Notes: generated by a model not told the origin, from the letters alone. Positions 18,150 to 26,162 are shown, counted from the stretch's first letter. The stretch is 64,000 nt of DNA from Candidatus Eiseniibacteriota bacterium (GCA_963762255.1 CAVXKA010000001.1:1536001-1600000), one strand, 5' to 3'. Numbers and translations are program-made.

Positions 18150-18593
18150 ATGACATCCTCAGCCTTGGTGCCCAAGGAGGAGGTTCGGCGTGCGTGCGAG
18201 AGTCTTGGCATCAAGGATTGGAGCACTGTCACAGAGTTGACAGTGTCTGCCGATGAAGCACGAGCGATCCTCAAAGAGATCGGCGGCGAAGCCCGTGAGG
18301 TCGGCCTGGAGGATTTCCGCCACGGCCTGCAGATCGAACTCGAGCACGGTACCCGCTTCCCGGATGCCAACGTCACTAACAACCATCCCGTCCTCACCGG
18401 AAAGATCGTCCTCGCACATCTAAAGGAATCGCTGCTTTACTACAAACGACTTGCTGTCGCCGAACTCGAGGGTGACCTCCTCAACGCGACCAAAGCACGC
18501 GACGCAGACAAGATATGGTCGGTCTATGCGCGAATTGTCTCGGCCCGCCTTGCCCTAGATCAGGCGGAGGTCGAGTATCTAGCAGATGCGTGA
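18150..18593 (+). CDS. Cassette 22: DUF5661-like protein
   Basis: FRHGLQIELEHG...NVTNN...TGKIVLAHLKE...YYKRL. Confidence 0.75.
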   Translation: MTSSALVPKEEVRRACESLGIKDWSTVTELTVSADEARAILKEIGGEAREVGLEDFRHGLQIELEHGTRFPDANVTNNHPVLTGKIVLAHLKESLLYYKRLAVAELEGDLLNATKARDADKIWSVYARIVSARLALDQAEVEYLADA

Positions 18594-18599
18594 GATGCC

Positions 18600-18753
18600 G
18601 CCTAACCAGGCAATGGTGCTGACCGGCCGCGGTCGGTAGCGTGCCACGGCTTTGGCCCGCCGGCCGCCGGGGCGGGTGGTTGACAAGCCGGCGGGCGGCG
18701 GTCGTCACTTCCGGGTACACCGCGGCCGGCAGTTCATTGCCGGGCCGTTATGT
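18600..18753 (+). repeat. attC 22 (long, about 154 bp, non-resident)
   Basis: GCCTAACCAGGCAATG...GACCGGCCGCGG / CCGCGGCCGGCAG...CATTGCC...GTTATGT. Confidence 0.85.
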
Positions 18754-18794
18754 GGACAATCTTGGCAGGAGCGTAAATGAGATTCAGGGGGGCG

Positions 18795-19202
18795 ATGCAG
18801 AGACTCTTGGCTCAGGCACCACGCACAATTGCTGCCGCGCTCGTATGCGTGCTGCTGGCCGGCTGTGGTGAGGATGGCGTCGTCTGTACTCATGAGTATG
18901 TTCCCGGCATCACGATTGAGGTTCGTGATGCCGCAACGGGCGCCCCTGCTGCCTGTGGAGCTACGGCTTGGTTCATATCCGGGTCGTGGTCGGAGATGAG
19001 TGAGCGCTGGTGGGGATGCGATATGCCGGATTCGCTGTACTTGCCAAGCCTGAAGGGTGCATACGAGCGCAGTGGTACTTACACGGTGTTGGTGCTCAAG
19101 GACGGGTATGCGCCATGGTCGCGAGACGAGATCGAGGTTCGCGAGGACGCCTGTCATGTCCGGACAGTTGAGCTCAAGGCCATGCTGGTCCGGAATCCTT
19201 GA
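18795..19202 (+). CDS. Cassette 23: lipoprotein, carboxypeptidase-regulatory-like fold
   Basis: Lipobox LAGC; VRDAATG; GTYTVLVLKDGYAPW. Confidence 0.8.
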   Translation: MQRLLAQAPRTIAAALVCVLLAGCGEDGVVCTHEYVPGITIEVRDAATGAPAACGATAWFISGSWSEMSERWWGCDMPDSLYLPSLKGAYERSGTYTVLVLKDGYAPWSRDEIEVREDACHVRTVELKAMLVRNP

Positions 19203-19218
19203 GGCGCCGCGGGGCACC

Positions 19219-19320
19219 ATATAACGGGCCGCTGCAGCCGCCGCCCGCTCCTGGGGAGTAGGATGGGGCTTTGAAAGGCGTCGGGTGTCGCGGGCGCGGC
19301 TGAACGGCAGCACGTTAGAC
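19219..19320 (+). repeat. attC 23 (resident family)
   Basis: ATATAAC...GTTAGAC. Confidence 0.92.
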
Positions 19321-19337
19321 CGCATGTTGGAGGCAAG

Positions 19338-19913
19338 ATGAACAGAGTTGAAGGCCAGATTCGACTGCTCTGGATCGTGGTTATTCTGCAGGGCCTGGTG
19401 ATTGCTGGATTGTTTGTGATGGGAAGTGCTGGCCCACCCAGCACACTGACTTGCCGTGAGTTGATCGTGGTCGACGAGAATCAGGAGCCTAGAATCCGGC
19501 TGAAGGGCTACCCGGACAGCCAACCGCGGCAGATCCAGAGAGAGATCGCCGAGCTCTCCGCGGGCCCGGGCTACTCTCAGCTAACGCTCGTTGGGGAGAG
19601 CGCGCACTCGCGTTTGGATGCGGGCAAGTACGTGGCGTCTGTCAGTCTTCAGGCGACTCCCGACGTGAGCTCCGGGCAGGTCACTTTCTGGCCGGAGACC
19701 TCTGCATCCCTGGAAGTCGATGTTCGTCGCGAGCGTCGCGCGTGCTTCTTGGAACTACGCGATGACGACGCGCCCCGGCTGATTCTCGGCTCTTCACAGA
19801 ACAACCAGCTTTCCCTTGGGGCCAAGGGGCAGGAGCCGGAATGGGCGCCAACGTCATCGATAGTCCTGCTAGACGAGAACGGGACTGAGGTGTTCCGTGC
19901 ACCGGGCCGCTGA
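19338..19913 (+). CDS. Cassette 24: membrane-anchored exported beta-rich protein
   Basis: N-terminal TM; IVVDENQEPRIRL...IVLLDENGTEVFRAP. Confidence 0.7.
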   Translation: MNRVEGQIRLLWIVVILQGLVIAGLFVMGSAGPPSTLTCRELIVVDENQEPRIRLKGYPDSQPRQIQREIAELSAGPGYSQLTLVGESAHSRLDAGKYVASVSLQATPDVSSGQVTFWPETSASLEVDVRRERRACFLELRDDDAPRLILGSSQNNQLSLGAKGQEPEWAPTSSIVLLDENGTEVFRAPGR

Positions 19914-19925
19914 CGCAAGGGTTCG

Positions 19926-20027
19926 ATCTAACGGGCTGCTGCAGCCGCCGCCCGCTCCTGGGGAGTAGGATAGGGCTTTGAAGGGCGCCGGTCGTCGCGG
20001 GCGCGGCGGACCGGCAGCACGTTCGGC
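19926..20027 (+). repeat. attC 24 (resident family)
   Basis: ATCTAAC...GTTCGGC. Confidence 0.9.
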
Positions 20028-20071
20028 TACGATAGTAAATCATAACAACACAAAGAAAGGAGGTGATACCT

Positions 20072-20203
20072 ATGCCAAACAAAGATAAGAAAGGCCCAAA
20101 GGGGCAGGGACCGAAAGATGGGCACGGTGGAGGAAAAGGGAAAGGGAAAGGAACAAATACGCCCGCTGGTCCGAAGAAGGGCGGGAAGAAGGGCGGATGC
20201 TAA
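20072..20203 (+). CDS. Cassette 25: 43-aa Gly/Lys-rich peptide (DUF5320-like N-terminus)
   Basis: Not in ORF track. AAAGGAGGTGA RBS; MPNKDKKGPKGQGPKDGHGGGKGKGKGTNTPAGPKKGGKKGGC. Confidence 0.75.
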   Translation: MPNKDKKGPKGQGPKDGHGGGKGKGKGTNTPAGPKKGGKKGGC

Positions 20204-20205
20204 TC

Positions 20206-20305
20206 ACCGGACCAGTCGTCGCAGGCGACGTTGCCCGCCGGGACGATTCTTCGCAGTCCTAAACGGAGTTCAGGCGGGCAGCGCGCCTGAACTCACCCGT
20301 CAGGC
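20206..20305 (+). repeat. attC 25 (non-resident, degenerate)
   Basis: ACCGGAC...CAGGCGACGTTGCCCGCC / GGCGGGCAGCGCGCCTG...GTCAGGC. Confidence 0.7.
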
Positions 20306-20327
20306 GCCTGACCGCGCTGGAGGCGTG

Positions 20328-20804
20328 ATGACGAAGATCGAGGAAAGCGTTATCGTCGACGCCCCGGTGGACGCGGTCTTCGGCTATGCGTCCGACTGGC
20401 GGAGGTGGTCTGACTGGTTTGATGGTCTGTCCGGCGTTCGGCCGACATCCGAGATGACCCGTGGTAGCGGTGCGCGCTACAGCTACAGCGTCAGAGTCAT
20501 GGGTCTCCCAGCAATCGTTGAGACGGAGATCTATGATTTCGTCGAGGGCCGGGGCTGGACCGGGGTCGGGACACGTGGTCTGCCGCATCGGACGCACTGG
20601 CTGTTCGAAGCGCAGGGCCAATCGACGAGATTCACGTACACGCTGGAGTACCGCCTGCCTGTGCCTGTGTTGGGCGCCGCGCTTGACGCTCTAGTGTTGA
20701 AGCGCGAGTGGCGTGGCATACTCCGGAGGTCTCTCTCGAACGTCCGAGGGCACTTTCTCCGATCCGCGCCGCCGGAGGTGGTGGGGGCGAGCCACGGCAC
20801 CTAG
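20328..20804 (+). CDS. Cassette 26: SRPBCC family protein
   Basis: IEESVIVDAPVDAVFGYASDW; GGAGG RBS. Confidence 0.88.
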   Translation: MTKIEESVIVDAPVDAVFGYASDWRRWSDWFDGLSGVRPTSEMTRGSGARYSYSVRVMGLPAIVETEIYDFVEGRGWTGVGTRGLPHRTHWLFEAQGQSTRFTYTLEYRLPVPVLGAALDALVLKREWRGILRRSLSNVRGHFLRSAPPEVVGASHGT

Positions 20805-20868
20805 CTAGCGTTTGCGGCCGACGGCGCCCGCCTCCGGCGGTCACGTCGGCGTAGCTTGAGCGTTCGAC
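20799..20868 (+). repeat. attC 26 (degenerate, internally deleted)
   Basis: ACCTAGC...GTTCGAC; the latter complements GTCGAAC at 21784. Confidence 0.55.
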
Positions 20869-20893
20869 CCATCAGCGAGACAAGGGGTTCCCT

Positions 20894-21637
20894 GTGTCCG
20901 GACAACAGACGGTTCTGCTCGTCGGAGGCACCGGACGCACTGGTCGACGCGTCCTCGAACAGCTTCTGCGGCGCGGAGTCAGCGTGCGCGCGATCGTGCG
21001 GTCGACCCGCAGACTCCCGAAGGACATTACGGATGATCCGCGACTGACGATTGTCGAGGCCGACCTCCTGTCGTTAGGCGGCGAAGACCTCGTCGCGCGA
21101 ATTCGTGGCTGCGATGTAGTCGTTTCGTGTCTCGGCCATGTCATCAGCGTCAGGGGAGTGCTTGGTCCACCGCGTGATCTAGTCACGCGAGCCACTGAGC
21201 GACTCTGTCACGCGATTCAAGAGTCGCAGCCAGACACACCCGTCAAGTACATCCTCATGAGCAGCGTTTCAGTCAATAACCCCGGTGCGTCCGATCCGCG
21301 GCGAGGCACGATGGAGAAGGTATTTCTGTGGGTTCTCCGCGGGTTAGTCCCGCCGGCAAGAGACAATCAGCGAGCCGCGGATTTCCTCTCTCGCGAGATA
21401 GGGTTGGACAATCCGCTCGTGCATTGGGTTGTGGTTCGCCCGGACACCCTCCTGGAGGGTGATGTTTCGGCCTACTCGCTACACGAGAACCTCGTGACCA
21501 ACCTCTTCAAGCCGGTCAGTACCAACATGGCGAACGTTGCGCACTTCATGTGCGAGCTCGCCACTGATCCGGAAATGTGGGACAGGTGGGCGGGGCGACT
21601 GCCCGTAGTCGTCAACGCATCCAGTCCGGACGGGTGA
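20894..21637 (+). CDS. Cassette 27: NAD(P)H-binding flavin-reductase-like protein
   Basis: VGGTGRTG; WVVVRP. Confidence 0.9.
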   Translation: MSGQQTVLLVGGTGRTGRRVLEQLLRRGVSVRAIVRSTRRLPKDITDDPRLTIVEADLLSLGGEDLVARIRGCDVVVSCLGHVISVRGVLGPPRDLVTRATERLCHAIQESQPDTPVKYILMSSVSVNNPGASDPRRGTMEKVFLWVLRGLVPPARDNQRAADFLSREIGLDNPLVHWVVVRPDTLLEGDVSAYSLHENLVTNLFKPVSTNMANVAHFMCELATDPEMWDRWAGRLPVVVNASSPDG

Positions 21638-21783
21638 CACCCGAGGCGTAAGCACTCCCGGCATGAGCTACCGAGTGGCAGGCGATGCTGCGCCCCACGG
21701 GCCGCGAACCGAAGTCGGGGCAAGACTCTTCGTAGTTGACTTAGGGCTAGGCCGACCCGGCGCAACGCACCAGGTACGAAGCC

Positions 21784-21886
21784 GTCGAACAAGCCGCCGC
21801 AGCAGCCCCCCGCTTCTGGCGAGTAGAATGCGACCTTGATAGGCGGCCGGTCGTCGCGGATGCGGCGGACCGGCAGTACGTCAGGC
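21784..21886 (+). repeat. attC 27 (resident family, diverged)
   Basis: GTCGAAC...GAGTAGAATG...GTCAGGC. Confidence 0.82.
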
Positions 21887-21906
21887 GCCTTGCCAGTGCC
21901 GTATCC

Positions 21907-22347
21907 TTGAACTCTGTGATTCACTACAACCCCGAAGGCCCAGTCTTAGTCTATGACGGCACCTGCAGCTTTTGCGCTGGCAGCGTGCGGCTCATTCTCA
22001 AGCACGACCGGAAGAAATTGCTGCGGTTCGCCACCCGCGATAGTAATTTCGGCCGTGGCGTTGTTCAGCGTCACCCCGAGATCGCCGATGTGGATTCGCT
22101 CCTGTGGGTAGTACCCGCCGGTCAGGACCTGGGCTCAGAATTGGTGCTCACTCGTTCCGCCGCAGCTCTGCAGGTCGCGGCCTATCTGGGGGGAATCTGG
22201 CGAGCGGCCAGGGTGGCGAGGCTGATGCCTCGTTCGCTTCGCGATGCCGTCTATGAGTTTGTGGCCAAACACCGACTCGCGCTGACTCCGGGCGCCCGGC
22301 AGTGCCTGGTCCCCACCCCAGATGAGCGATTCCGCTTTCTAGCCTGA
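21907..22347 (+). CDS. Cassette 28: DCC1-like thiol-disulfide oxidoreductase (DUF393)
   Basis: YDGTCSFC; LRDAVYEFVAKHR; start uncertain. Confidence 0.9.
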   Translation: MNSVIHYNPEGPVLVYDGTCSFCAGSVRLILKHDRKKLLRFATRDSNFGRGVVQRHPEIADVDSLLWVVPAGQDLGSELVLTRSAAALQVAAYLGGIWRAARVARLMPRSLRDAVYEFVAKHRLALTPGARQCLVPTPDERFRFLA

Positions 22348-22356
22348 AAGAGGGCC

Positions 22357-22422
22357 GCGCAACAAGCCACTGCAGCGGCCGCCCGCTCCTGCGAGTAGGT
22401 TGCGGCTTTGAAGGGCGGCCGG
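22357..22422 (+). repeat. attC 28 (resident family, right arm deleted)
   Basis: GCGCAACAAGCCACTGCAGCGGCCGCCCGCTCC...TTTGAAGGGCGGCCGG, then breaks off. Confidence 0.75.
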
Positions 22423-22520
22423 AAGCACTCACTCACGGACTCCGGCTCAGGGCGGACGACGCCCCACCTGTCCGGGTCGTGTCGGGTATGATCTGAAGAG
22501 CTAATTGGAGGATCGCACCC

Positions 22521-23411
22521 ATGCCCCGCAAGACCGCACACGATTTCGATCAGGAATTGCTCGTCCTGTTCGACGCCTACGTCCATGGGGCCATCGACCG
22601 CCGCACGTTTCTCGACAAGGCTGCCAGGTTCGCCGTCGGTGGAGTCACGGCGATGATGCTGCTTGATCAGCTGAGTCCGAACTTTGCGGCCGCGCAGGTG
22701 GTTAGCGCCGAGGACAAACGGATCGAGGCGAAGCATCTGGAGTACGACTCGCCGAAGGGCTACGCCAGAGCCCGCGGGTACTTCGTCAATCCGGCGGCGG
22801 CGAAAGGGAAGCTTCCGGGCGTCCTCGTGATCCACGAGAACCGCGGCCTCAACCCGCATATCGAAGACATCGCACGGCGCCTCGCGCTCGATGGCTTTGT
22901 CGCCTTCGCCCCCGACGCCCTCTTCTCTCTGGGTGGCTACCCCGGCGACGAAGACAAGGCGCGCGAGCTGTTCGTGAAGCTCGATCAAGCCCGGACCCGC
23001 GAAGACTTCACCGCCGCGGCAGCGTTTCTGAAAGCGCGCCCGGAGTGCACGGGCAGGGTGGGAGCGGTGGGCTTCTGCTACGGGGGAGGCATGGTGAACT
23101 ACCTGGCCACGCGTCTGGGCGGCGATCTCTCCGCCGCCGTCTGCTTCTACGGTTCCCCCCCGGACATGGAGGACGTGCCGAAGATCAAAGCACCGCTGAT
23201 TGTGCACTCCGCGGAGAAGGACGAGCGCATCAACGCCAGCTGGCCGGAGTTCGAGCGGGCTCTCAAGGCAGCGAAGGTCAAGTACGAGCGCTTCCTGTAT
23301 CCCGGTACGCTGCACGGCTTCAACAACGACACAACGCCGCGGTATGACGCGGACGCGGCCAAGCTCGCGTGGGGGAGGACGCTCGCGTTCCTCGAGAAGC
23401 ATCTGCGGTAG
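22521..23411 (+). CDS. Dienelactone hydrolase family protein (YghX-like, Tat-like leader)
   Basis: DRRTFL; HENRGLNPHIEDIARR; GFCYGG; HGFNND. Confidence 0.93.
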   Translation: MPRKTAHDFDQELLVLFDAYVHGAIDRRTFLDKAARFAVGGVTAMMLLDQLSPNFAAAQVVSAEDKRIEAKHLEYDSPKGYARARGYFVNPAAAKGKLPGVLVIHENRGLNPHIEDIARRLALDGFVAFAPDALFSLGGYPGDEDKARELFVKLDQARTREDFTAAAAFLKARPECTGRVGAVGFCYGGGMVNYLATRLGGDLSAAVCFYGSPPDMEDVPKIKAPLIVHSAEKDERINASWPEFERALKAAKVKYERFLYPGTLHGFNNDTTPRYDADAAKLAWGRTLAFLEKHLR

Positions 23412-23480
23412 CTGATGCGCCGGGCCCATCGGAACGTCAAGCTCGGCCAGTTTTGGAAACGCGCTTGACGGGGAGGCCGC

Positions 23481-23900
23481 ATGGCCTTGAGCGCATTCGA
23501 TGACAAGTCTCGTCCGCCCAAGCCTGGTGAGCTCGAAGCGGTTCTCGGCGATTCCGCCGGGCTCTGGGATGAGCTGGTTGCGCACGTGGAGGGGGCCTAC
23601 CCGCCGGTCACGCAACTCTGGAATTTCTCCGGTGCCAAGTACGGCTGGTCGCTGCGGCTCAAGCGCCGCGAGCGGATCGTGCTTTACATGACGCCGCAGC
23701 CTGGAGGCTTCCTGCTAGGCGTCGTCTTGGGCGAGAAGGCGGCGAAGGCCGCGCATGATTCGGGTTTGCCAAAATCGGTCCTCATCCTGATCGACGGCGC
23801 ACCCCGCTACGCCGAGGGTCGGGGCATCCGCCTCGTTGTCTCGAGCGCAGGCGACCTCGCTGCGGCGCGGACGCTCGCTGCGCTCAAGATGGCCACGTGA
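23481..23900 (+). CDS. DUF3788-like protein
   Basis: WNFSGAKYGWSLR; YAEGRG. Confidence 0.75.
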   Translation: MALSAFDDKSRPPKPGELEAVLGDSAGLWDELVAHVEGAYPPVTQLWNFSGAKYGWSLRLKRRERIVLYMTPQPGGFLLGVVLGEKAAKAAHDSGLPKSVLILIDGAPRYAEGRGIRLVVSSAGDLAAARTLAALKMAT

Positions 23901-23938
23901 CGGCACTACGTCAGGCGAATCGGAGGGTTGGCAGGGTC

Positions 23939-24040
23939 GCCCGACCGGGCGTTGCCGCCGGCGTCCGCTCCCGGGGAGTAGAATCCGGCTTTGCGGGCGG
24001 CCGGTCATTGCGGTCGCGGCGGACCGGCCGCACGAGAGGA
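23939..24040 (+). repeat. attC 29 (resident family, strongly degenerate, core lost)
   Basis: GCCCGAC...CCGCTCCCGGGGAGTAGAAT...GCGGCGGACCGGCCGCACG. Confidence 0.7.
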
Positions 24041-24046
24041 GGGAGT

Positions 24047-24562
24047 ATGCGACGACCCGTAGTTGCTGCGCTGTTTCTTCTTGTCGTTGGGTGTCGCTCG
24101 AGCAGCGAGATATCGGCGGGCTCGCTCCGAGGCGACTTCGGCCGCATTGGCGCTGTAGAAATCGGTATGTCACAAGAGGAAATCAGGGTAGCGCTGGGGG
24201 CCGAGCCAGCCCCAGTCTCCCCGGTTCCATCGGAAGAGCGATCCTGCTACTACCTTTCCATCGAGGGCCAGCCAACCGGCGTGCGCTTCATGATGAACCA
24301 GGATCGGCTGGTGCGTTACGAGGTCGTCGACCCATCTATTCGTACCGCAAAGAACGTCGGGATCGGGAGTACCGAGAACGAAGTCCAAGCCGCCTATGAC
24401 AGGCGAGTTTCTATCCTGCCGCACAAGTACACCCAAGGACATTACCTCGTCGTCGCCGGTCCCAAGGGCTTGAAGCTCCTGTTCGAGACCGACGGCGCCG
24501 TTGTTACCACGTTTCGCGCCGGCCGCGAGCCCGAGGTCAGCTACGTTGAGGGTTGCTCATGA
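24047..24562 (+). CDS. Lipoprotein (last clear cassette)
   Basis: GAGGAGGGAG RBS; lipobox VVGC; PHKY; EVSYVEGCS. Confidence 0.8.
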   Translation: MRRPVVAALFLLVVGCRSSSEISAGSLRGDFGRIGAVEIGMSQEEIRVALGAEPAPVSPVPSEERSCYYLSIEGQPTGVRFMMNQDRLVRYEVVDPSIRTAKNVGIGSTENEVQAAYDRRVSILPHKYTQGHYLVVAGPKGLKLLFETDGAVVTTFRAGREPEVSYVEGCS

Positions 24563-24669
24563 GCGAATTCCCGCCCGGCGATCCGCGTCCGCTTCTGAAG
24601 CTGACGACAGGCGGCCGGACATGGACCGGTAAGGAAGCCGGACAACCGCTCGCCGAAAGGAGACGATCG

Positions 24670-24974
24670 ATGCCGCGGGTGGTCAACATCGCTGACTGCT
24701 TCGGGAGACTTGCGGGCACCTGACCATGGTCGAAATGTCGAATTGCCCGCCGCGAGCAGGACTGCCTGCCGTGGCGGTTCGGGAACGGGCCTTCCTACCG
24801 ACGGAGCTCACTCTGCTCTTCCGCCTCACGGGTATGTCTGTGCTCGACATGTGGGGCGGAACCGCAGGGAACTGGGGCAGAAGGCCCCTCGATCTGGACG
24901 AGATCGAGATCATGATCGTGGCGTGCAAGATTGCCGAACCGGCAGCGCACGCGGTCGGCGGACTCGAAGTCTGA
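24670..24974 (+). pseudogene. Deletion scar: cupin-like N-terminal stub plus methyltransferase-like C-terminal stub
   Basis: AAAGGAG then MPRVVNIADCFGRL stops after 17 codons; then ERAFLPTEL...WGGTAGNWGRR fragment. Confidence 0.5.
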
Positions 24975-25018
24975 TTGACGATCGGAAGGAACGTCTCCTT
25001 CCAGTTCCAGGAGGACCC

Positions 25019-26071
25019 ATGCCCAAGATCCGGGCCGTCGCAACGGCTGTTCCCTCGACCCGAGTCGACCTGGAGTTGACGGTGGCGTTCGCGCGCCAGA
25101 TGTTCGCCGAGCGTATCCCCGATCTCGAACGCATGCTGCCCCTGTTCACGAACGCCGGCATTCAGACCCGCTACTTCGCGGCGCCTCAGGAGTGGTTCTT
25201 CGCTGACCACGATCTGGCCGAGAGGAGCGCCATGTATGCCCGCGAGGCGACGCGACTTTCGGCGGAGGCGGCCGGCAAGGCACTGACCAAGGCCGGATTG
25301 GTGCCGGCGGAGGTCGACTACATCATCTACGTGAACACCACCGGGCTGGCCACGCCCTCCATCGATGCCCGGCTGATCAATATCATGGGCCTACGGCCGG
25401 ATGTGCGCCGCACGCCTATCTGGGGCCTGGGTTGCGCGGGAGGGGCAGCGGGCCTCTCCCATGCCCATCACTACGCGCTGGCCCATCCCGAGGCGCAGAT
25501 CCTGGTGGTCGCCACCGAACTATGCGGACTGACGTTCCTACCCGGTGACACCTCCAAGTCGAATCTGGTCGCTACCGCCCTGTTCGGCGATGGTGCGGCC
25601 GCCGCCGTGGTCGGCGGCGACGCGTGCGAGGGGCGGGGGCTCGAAGTGCTCGGCACGGGCAGCCGCTTCTACGCGGACTCCCTGGACGTCATGGGCTGGT
25701 CCGTGTTGCAGGAGGGCCTGCAAGTGATCTTTGCCCAACGGATCCCCGAGATCGTGGAGGACACCGCCGCGGAAGACGTGGGGGCGTTCTTAGCGGGCCA
25801 CGACATCAAGATCGCCGACATCGGTGCCTTCCTGCTGCATCCCGGTGGCACCAAAGTCTTGGAGGCCTACGAGAAGGCGTTGGCCTTGGAGCCGGCGCAG
25901 CTCGCGCTGCCCCGGGGCATCCTGCGTGACTACGGCAATATGTCCTCAGCGACGGTCTTCTTCGTGCTGGAGCGGTACTTGGACACATGGGGGATGGGCA
26001 ACGGCGGCCACGGGTTGATATCGGCACTGGGGCCGGGGTTCTGCTCGGAGTCTCTCCTCGTGGCGCTGTAG
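25019..26071 (+). CDS. Type III polyketide synthase
   Basis: GLGCAGG, LFGDGAAA, HPGG, GNMSS, GPGF. Confidence 0.95.
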   Translation: MPKIRAVATAVPSTRVDLELTVAFARQMFAERIPDLERMLPLFTNAGIQTRYFAAPQEWFFADHDLAERSAMYAREATRLSAEAAGKALTKAGLVPAEVDYIIYVNTTGLATPSIDARLINIMGLRPDVRRTPIWGLGCAGGAAGLSHAHHYALAHPEAQILVVATELCGLTFLPGDTSKSNLVATALFGDGAAAAVVGGDACEGRGLEVLGTGSRFYADSLDVMGWSVLQEGLQVIFAQRIPEIVEDTAAEDVGAFLAGHDIKIADIGAFLLHPGGTKVLEAYEKALALEPAQLALPRGILRDYGNMSSATVFFVLERYLDTWGMGNGGHGLISALGPGFCSESLLVAL

Positions 26072-26162
26072 GGCGGCGCAGCCGAGTCCCTCATCGCGAT
26101 CTTGCCTGGGATCGACATGGGGAGCTAAGGTAGAGGAAGTCGGACAGCTTGAGGAGGGACAC

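Larger units (their letters stand above)
1697..24562 (+). mobile_element. Chromosomal integron: intI remnant, attI and about 30 cassettes, integrase co-oriented with the cassettes
   Basis: 29 attC-like imperfect inverted repeats (RYYYAAC...GTTRRRY) separating single plus-strand ORFs. Confidence 0.93.

Noticed and set aside
5448-18150. Shared N-terminal peptide VAGAADRQHV as a conserved protein domain
   Set aside because: It is the translated attC right arm; most genes have their own RBS and start downstream (kept only as a weak frame-bias finding)
2877-24040. Recurrent ~100-bp repeat read as a CRISPR array, REP/MITE family or terminators
   Set aside because: Spacers are whole genes, repeats have RYYYAAC/GTTRRRY ends with bulged arms, an intI remnant is adjacent, and there are no cas genes, target-site duplications or U-tracts
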